Of a stretch of DNA of 64,000 nucleotides, positions 58,632 through 64,000 are shown piece by piece. The DNA is taken from positions 526 to 64,525 of the forward strand of contig NZ_CABFLM010000115.1 in NCBI RefSeq assembly GCF_901873365.1, given 5' to 3'. The DNA is from an uncultured Aggregatibacter sp. (lineage in GTDB: Bacteria; Pseudomonadota; Gammaproteobacteria; Enterobacterales; Pasteurellaceae). A program made the translations under genes and the position numbers. Every line of letters starts with the position of its first letter. Position 1 is the first letter of the stretch. The notes beneath the pieces were generated by a model, which saw nothing but the letters and a program-made list of their open reading frames with translations, searched no databases and was not told the origin of the DNA.

Positions 58632-58961
58632 ATGGAAACGTTAGATAAAATCAAAAAACAGATTAGCGAAAATCCGATTCTGATTTACATGAAAGGCTCG
58701 CCAAAATTCCCTTCTTGCGGTTTCTCTGCGCGTGCGGTAGAAGCGTTAATTAACTGTGGCGTACCCTTCGGTTATGTGGATATTTTGCAACATCCGGATA
58801 TTCGTGCAGAGTTACCGGCTTACGCCAATTGGCCGACATTTCCACAATTATGGGTAGAAGGCGAACTTGTTGGCGGTTGTGATATCGTATTGGAAATGTA
58901 TCAACAAGGTGAACTCAAAACCTTATTAGAAGAAGTCGCTGCAAGACATCCACAAGCGTAA
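58632..58961 (+). CDS. grxD: Monothiol glutaredoxin (start taken at METLDK)
   Basis: CGFS, WPTFPQLW and GGCD. Confidence 0.96.
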   Translation: METLDKIKKQISENPILIYMKGSPKFPSCGFSARAVEALINCGVPFGYVDILQHPDIRAELPAYANWPTFPQLWVEGELVGGCDIVLEMYQQGELKTLLEEVAARHPQA

Positions 58962-59150
58962 AATGTTTTCTAAAAAACCGCACTTTGGTTTTCTCAAGTA
59001 CGGTTTTTTTGTGAGTTAATTCCTTGTAAATTGTTTTAATAAAACGATGAAAAATCGAAATCTACTGGAAACCAGCCGCACTTTATGATATAAAGCACGA
59101 CGTTATTTTGCTGTTTAAAAGTAACGTTTATTTTTTAATCAATTTACTAA

Positions 59151-59226
59151 AACACACACATATCAGAAAGGCTAAATCGGGGTGCCAAACGGTCGATTGG
59201 CTGGATATGTGGAGGCTAAACCCCAA
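59151..59226 (+). ncRNA. rpsB leader RNA (t44/tff, S2 autoregulation)
   Basis: ACACACACATATC...CGGGGTGCC...GATATGTGGAGGCTAAACCCC immediately upstream of rpsB. Confidence 0.75.
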
Positions 59227-59243
59227 ACAAAAGGAAAATTATT

Positions 59244-59966
59244 ATGGCACAAGTTTCTATGCGCGATATGCTTCAAGCAGGCGTTCACTTCGGTCACCAA
59301 ACTCGTTACTGGAACCCAAAAATGAAACCATTCATTTTCGGACCACGCAACGGCGTTCATATCATCAACCTTGAAAAAACCGTTCCAATGTTCAACGCAG
59401 CATTAGCTGAGTTAACCCGCATTGCGAGCAACAACGGTAAAGTATTATTCGTTGGTACCAAACGCGCAGCGACCGATGCAGTGCAAGCAGCAGCATTAGA
59501 CTGTCAACAATACTATGTAAACCACCGTTGGTTAGGCGGTATGTTGACCAACTGGAAAACAGTTCGTCAATCCATCAAACGTTTAAAAGATTTAGAAACG
59601 CAATCTCAAGACGGCACTTTCGACAAATTAACCAAAAAAGAAGCGTTAATGCGTACCCGTGAGATGGAAAAACTTGAATTAAGCCTTGGCGGTATCAAAG
59701 AGATGGGCGGTCTTCCGGATGCATTATTCGTTATCGGTGCAGACCACGAACATATCGCAGTAAAAGAAGCAAACAACTTGGGTATTCCGGTATTTGCTAT
59801 CGTTGATACTAACTCTAGCCCGGACGGCGTAGATTTTGTTATCCCAGGTAACGATGACGCAGCACGTGCAATTCAACTTTATCTTTCTTCTGCTGCTGCT
59901 GCGATCAAAGAAGGTCGTGGTAACGAAGCCGCGGTTGCTGAAGAATTAGCGCAAGCCGCAGAATAA
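59244..59966 (+). CDS. rpsB: 30S ribosomal protein S2
   Basis: [16 protein letters not shown] and IPGNDDA. Confidence 0.99.
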   Translation: MAQVSMRDMLQAGVHFGHQTRYWNPKMKPFIFGPRNGVHIINLEKTVPMFNAALAELTRIASNNGKVLFVGTKRAATDAVQAAALDCQQYYVNHRWLGGMLTNWKTVRQSIKRLKDLETQSQDGTFDKLTKKEALMRTREMEKLELSLGGIKEMGGLPDALFVIGADHEHIAVKEANNLGIPVFAIVDTNSSPDGVDFVIPGNDDAARAIQLYLSSAAAAIKEGRGNEAAVAEELAQAAE

Positions 59967-60108
59967 TTCAGGCGATTGCGATAAGGCGTAAGCCCTTATT
60001 AATCAGATGATTAATGAATAAGCAGGGGGCTAAATAGCTCCCTGTATTTTTTAGATCTAAAAGTGCGGTCTTTTTCCACCGCATTTTAAACTGACAGAGG
60101 ATTTTAAA

Positions 60109-60957
60109 ATGGCTGAAATCACAGCATCATTAGTAAAAGAACTGCGTGAACGTACCGGCGCAGGTATGATGGAATGTAAAAAAGCATTAGTTGAAGCAAA
60201 CGGCGACATCGAATTAGCTATCGATAACATGCGTAAATCCGGTCAAGCAAAAGCGGCGAAAAAAGCAGGCCGTGTTGCAGCTGAAGGTGTTATCCTTGCT
60301 CGCGTACAAAATGGTTTTGGTGTATTAGTTGAAATGAACTGCGAAACTGACTTCGTTGCAAAAGATGCCGGTTTCTTAGGTTTAGCCAACGAAGTGGCAG
60401 ACTACGCAGCAGCACACAAAGGCGCAACCATCGAACAACTTCAAGCGCAATTTGAAGAAAAACGTGCTGCATTAGTGGCAAAAATCGGTGAAAATATGAC
60501 CATCCGTCGTGTTGCTTACATCGAGGGCGATGTTGTAGGCTCTTACTTACACGGCGCGAAAATCGGTGTATTAGTGGCGGGTAAAGGCGCAGACGATGAA
60601 TTGTTAAAACACATCGCAATGCACGTTGCAGCAAGCCGTCCAGACTATGTTAACCCAAGTGATGTTCCGGCTGATGTGGTTGAACATGAGCGTAACATCC
60701 AAGTGGATATCGCAATGCAATCCGGCAAACCACGCGAAATCGCAGAAAAAATGGTTGAAGGCCGTATGAAGAAATTCACGGGCGAAGTTTCTTTAACCGG
60801 TCAACCTTTCGTGATGGATCCATCTAAATCCGTTGGTGATTTGTTAAAAGAAAAAGGTGCTGAAATCTCTAACTTCATCCGCTTAGAAGTGGGCGAAGGT
60901 ATCGAGAAAGTAGAAACTGACTTCGCAGCAGAAGTTGCTGCCATGTCTAAAGCGTAA
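60109..60957 (+). CDS. tsf: Elongation factor Ts
   Basis: [19 protein letters not shown] and NCETDFVA. Confidence 0.99.
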   Translation: MAEITASLVKELRERTGAGMMECKKALVEANGDIELAIDNMRKSGQAKAAKKAGRVAAEGVILARVQNGFGVLVEMNCETDFVAKDAGFLGLANEVADYAAAHKGATIEQLQAQFEEKRAALVAKIGENMTIRRVAYIEGDVVGSYLHGAKIGVLVAGKGADDELLKHIAMHVAASRPDYVNPSDVPADVVEHERNIQVDIAMQSGKPREIAEKMVEGRMKKFTGEVSLTGQPFVMDPSKSVGDLLKEKGAEISNFIRLEVGEGIEKVETDFAAEVAAMSKA

Positions 60958-61130
60958 TAGATAATTTAAGTCGAAAATCGCGATAACTCATCTGCGCCTA
61001 AATGTGGGATAAAATACCGACAAATTTAGGCGCAGATTTTTTATGAAAACGCTCTAACTCCTTCCACCTCTTACAAAGCCTAAAGATCGGCATCGAAAAT
61101 GCCGATAAGCGGAGAGTAAGAAAAAGCAGA

Positions 61131-61463
61131 TTAAATTTCTTTGATCACTTCAGTAGATGCATTATTCATCACCGATTCCATGCCTTTTTGCGCGGCAGCC
61201 TGTGAGGAATAATATTGACTACGACCGATTTCTTGGTGATTCGCCGCTTTCAACACAAAATACGGTTGATCACTTTTTGTCATGCGAAACTCAAAGTTTT
61301 TCGCATCTACGCCATTTTTTTGGACGGAAGCAATACCGTTTTGTGCAGCGGCTTTTGTTTTGTAAAGCTCACTGGTTAAGATCACTTGTCCGTTAGTAGC
61401 GATTAAGTTGAACATAAATTGACCGTCTTTGGCTGTTTTTAATTCATAATGTCCTTGTGCCAT
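61131..61463 (-). CDS. yegP: YegP/DUF1508 family protein (two internal repeats)
   Basis: FNLIATNGQVILTSELY and FVLKAANHQEIGRSQYY. Confidence 0.88.
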   Translation of the reverse strand: MAQGHYELKTAKDGQFMFNLIATNGQVILTSELYKTKAAAQNGIASVQKNGVDAKNFEFRMTKSDQPYFVLKAANHQEIGRSQYYSSQAAAQKGMESVMNNASTEVIKEI

Positions 61464-61656
61464 GTTTACACCTCTTGTTAAGTTAATGTGTTTCGTTATC
61501 TAAAATTTCATAAAATAAACGCGACAATCGCGATTAAAAAGAAATTTTAGATGGGGCTAAATGTATAAAAAAAGCCTGTATATCGCAACAGTTAAGTGGA
61601 AGAATATGCTAAAATGTCGCCTTTATTTTAGGCAAAGCAACGCTAAACGAGAACAC

Positions 61657-62862
61657 ATGATGGCAGGCATTTATCCCCTGAACGGGAGTCTTCAATATTA
61701 CGCGTGGGGTGGTAACCAGTATCTTCCGGACTTCTTGCATATTATAAAAACGCAAGCGCATTATGCCGAATATTGGCTCGGCGCACACCCTTCAGCGCCA
61801 TCACAGTTAATCACCACCAATGGCGAACTGTCATTACTGGATTTTTTACAACAAAATCCCACCGCACTTGGTAGCCAAAGCCGTCAATTATTGGGCAACA
61901 ATTTGCCTTATTTACTGAAAATTTTAGACGTTGCCAATCCCCTTTCTATTCAGTTACATCCAACCAAAAAACAGGCAGAGATCGGCTTTGCGCAGGAAAA
62001 TGCCGCCGGCATTCCGTTAAATGATCCGAAGCGCACCTATAAAGACGATAACCATAAGCCGGAAATGATGATTGCTTTGTCCGATTTTTGGCTTTTACAT
62101 GGTTTTAAAACCAAAGCCAAAATTCTCGATACACTACGCCAACGCCCGTCACTTGCGGAACTGGCAACAAAATTGGCCTCGCAGAATTTAGCGGATTTTT
62201 ATGCTGACATTATGTTGGCAACACAAGATCAATTAGCGCAATGGCTGTTGCCGATAATTGATGCGCAACAAAAGGCTTACGAGCAAAACCAGCTTGCCAT
62301 GCAAAATCCGGATTACTGGGTACTTTACACATTACACGCCATGAAGATTTCCCGAGACAAGTTAGATGCCGGCTTAATGAGTTTCTACTTGTTTAATCTG
62401 GTTAATTTGCAGGTCGGCGAAGGGATTTTCCAAGCGGCCGGCGTGCCGCACGCTTATTTACGCGGACAAAATATTGAACTGATGGCCTGTTCCGACAACG
62501 TGATTCGTGGAGGACTAACACCAAAACACGTTGATATCGAACAATTGCTAAAAACCATTGATTGTAGCGAAATCGTCCCTCAAATCATCGCGCCGGCACC
62601 TCAAAATCAGGTTTACACCTACCCGACGCCCATTGCCGATTTTGCTTTGAGCAATATGCCTTATGCTAAAAACACCGAGATTTCCGACCGCACTTTAAAC
62701 GGCACGATTTTCTTAGTCATGGCAGGCGAAATCACCTTGGAAGCCACACAACAAAAACTCACGTTGAAACAAGGACAAGCGGCGTTCATTGAAGCTGGCA
62801 CAGACTATCGCGTGCATGGCATGCAAGAAGGCTATGCCGTGCTAGCCGGATTACCGATTTAA
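61657..62862 (+). CDS. manA: Mannose-6-phosphate isomerase class I (start taken at MMAG)
   Basis: YYAWGG, AEYWLGAHP, PLSIQLHP, YKDDNHKPEM and SDNVIRGGLTPK. Confidence 0.96.
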   Translation: MMAGIYPLNGSLQYYAWGGNQYLPDFLHIIKTQAHYAEYWLGAHPSAPSQLITTNGELSLLDFLQQNPTALGSQSRQLLGNNLPYLLKILDVANPLSIQLHPTKKQAEIGFAQENAAGIPLNDPKRTYKDDNHKPEMMIALSDFWLLHGFKTKAKILDTLRQRPSLAELATKLASQNLADFYADIMLATQDQLAQWLLPIIDAQQKAYEQNQLAMQNPDYWVLYTLHAMKISRDKLDAGLMSFYLFNLVNLQVGEGIFQAAGVPHAYLRGQNIELMACSDNVIRGGLTPKHVDIEQLLKTIDCSEIVPQIIAPAPQNQVYTYPTPIADFALSNMPYAKNTEISDRTLNGTIFLVMAGEITLEATQQKLTLKQGQAAFIEAGTDYRVHGMQEGYAVLAGLPI

Positions 62863-62935
62863 CATCGTTTTCATGAAAGAAATACTTAACAACGATTTTT
62901 ATGGCCTCTGATTACATTACAAAAATAGGAACATT

Positions 62936-64000
62936 ATGACCGAACAAACCTTTATTCCCGGCAAAGATGCCGCCCTTGAGGAAAGTATTGAAAAATTTCA
63001 ACAAAAACTGACCTCACTTGGCTTCAATATTGAAGAAGCCTCGTGGTTAAACCCGGTGCCGAACGTGTGGTCGGTACACATCCGTGATAAAGACTGCCCA
63101 CAGTGTTTCTCTAACGGCAAAGGCGCCAGTAAAAAAGCGGCATTAGCTTCTGCATTAGGCGAATATTTTGAACGTCTTTCCACTAACTATTTCTGGACGG
63201 ATTTCTATTTAGGACAAGACATTGCCAATGGCGATTTTGTGCATTATCCGAACGAAAAATGGTTTCCGATTGAAGACGAGGCGTTGTTGCCACAAGGCAT
63301 TTTAGACGATCGTTTATTTGAACATTTCGATCCAAATCAGGAGCTGACTCCTGAACTTTTGGTGGATTTGCAATCAGGCAACTATGAGCGTGGTATTGTT
63401 ACTTTGCCTTATGTGCGTCAATCAGATCAACAAACGGTGTATATTCCACAAAGCATCATTTCTAATCTCTACGTCTCCAATGGGATGTCCGCCGGCAACA
63501 GTCAATTTGAAGCGCGCGTGCAGGGATTATCGGAAGTGTTTGAGCGCTATGTGAAAAATAAAATCATCGCAGAAGCCATTAGTCTGCCATTAATTCCGCA
63601 AGAGGTGATGGCGCGCTATCCATCGATTCAAGCTGCGATTGACAAGCTGGAGCAGGAAGGCTTCCCGATTTTGGCGTATGACGCCTCTCTTGGCGGTAAA
63701 TATCCGGTGATTTGTGTCATTTTGCTCAACCCAACTAACGGCACTTGCTTTGCCTCTTTCGGAGCACATCCAAAATTCCAGGTGGCGTTAGAGCGCACCG
63801 TGACTGAACTGCTGCAAGGTCGTAGCTTAAAAGATTTGGATGTTTTTTCTCCGCCATCCTTCAACAATGACGATATTGCCGAACACGCCAATTTGGAAAC
63901 CCACTTTATTGATTCCAGCGGTTTAATTTCATGGGATTTATTCAAAGACACACCGGATTATGAGTTCGCCGATTGGAATTTCTCCGGCAAAGATACGCAT
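62936..64000 (+). CDS. ycaO: YcaO-family protein (runs off the window end)
   Basis: Manual translation MTEQTFIPGKDAALEESIEKFQQKLTSLGFNIEEASWLNPVPNVWSVHIRD...SNGMSAGN. Confidence 0.93.
   Translation, partial: MTEQTFIPGKDAALEESIEKFQQKLTSLGFNIEEASWLNPVPNVWSVHIRDKDCPQCFSNGKGASKKAALASALGEYFERLSTNYFWTDFYLGQDIANGDFVHYPNEKWFPIEDEALLPQGILDDRLFEHFDPNQELTPELLVDLQSGNYERGIVTLPYVRQSDQQTVYIPQSIISNLYVSNGMSAGNSQFEARVQGLSEVFERYVKNKIIAEAISLPLIPQEVMARYPSIQAAIDKLEQEGFPILAYDASLGGKYPVICVILLNPTNGTCFASFGAHPKFQVALERTVTELLQGRSLKDLDVFSPPSFNNDDIAEHANLETHFIDSSGLISWDLFKDTPDYEFADWNFSGKDTH

Noticed and set aside
58433..58654. Pro-rich ORF and GGC/GGT repeats
   Set aside because: Antisense shadow of the normal Gly-rich tail of the TPM-domain protein.
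62998..63951. Short minus-strand ORFs at the window end
   Set aside because: Antisense to the truncated ycaO frame.

Overview
Core chromosomal segment of a Pasteurellaceae bacterium, most likely an Aggregatibacter species (inferred from abundant Hin-type uptake signal sequences AAGTGCGGT and an Omp34-like OmpA). Genes in order: fbaA (partial), pgk, RNase T2, ferredoxin, yfiF, pssA, anmK-murQ, a stand-alone Fe3+ ABC permease, glnA, typA, tRNA-Ile2, bioB, an HI1419/HI1420-type toxin-antitoxin pair, thiD-thiBPQ behind a TPP riboswitch, tRNA-Met/Leu/Gln, uspA, alaS, csrA, a decayed phosphomannomutase pseudogene, galU, cpxRA, bamE, yejK/L/M, an amidohydrolase, an ABC exporter, an AraC/AhpD pair, nagE, the sialic acid cluster (nanM-siaT-siaP / nanEK-siaR-nanA-nagBA), tpx, hemH, menI, ydiJ, ompA, lemA-TPM-TPM, grxD, rpsB, tsf, yegP, manA and ycaO (partial). 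The most notable unexplained signals are non-coding. First, a candidate promoter-driven tRNA-shaped RNA (14980-15058, minus strand) has intact D and T arms, a GNRA tetraloop in place of the anticodon loop and no CCA; it converges on tRNA-Ile2 across a 3 x 162-bp REP-doublet array. Second, a GTAG-type REP/REPIN family recurs at three loci, each time with tandem amplification or duplication of neighbouring DNA, including captured copies of a gene 3' end. All calls come from reading the sequence by eye; no searches were run.
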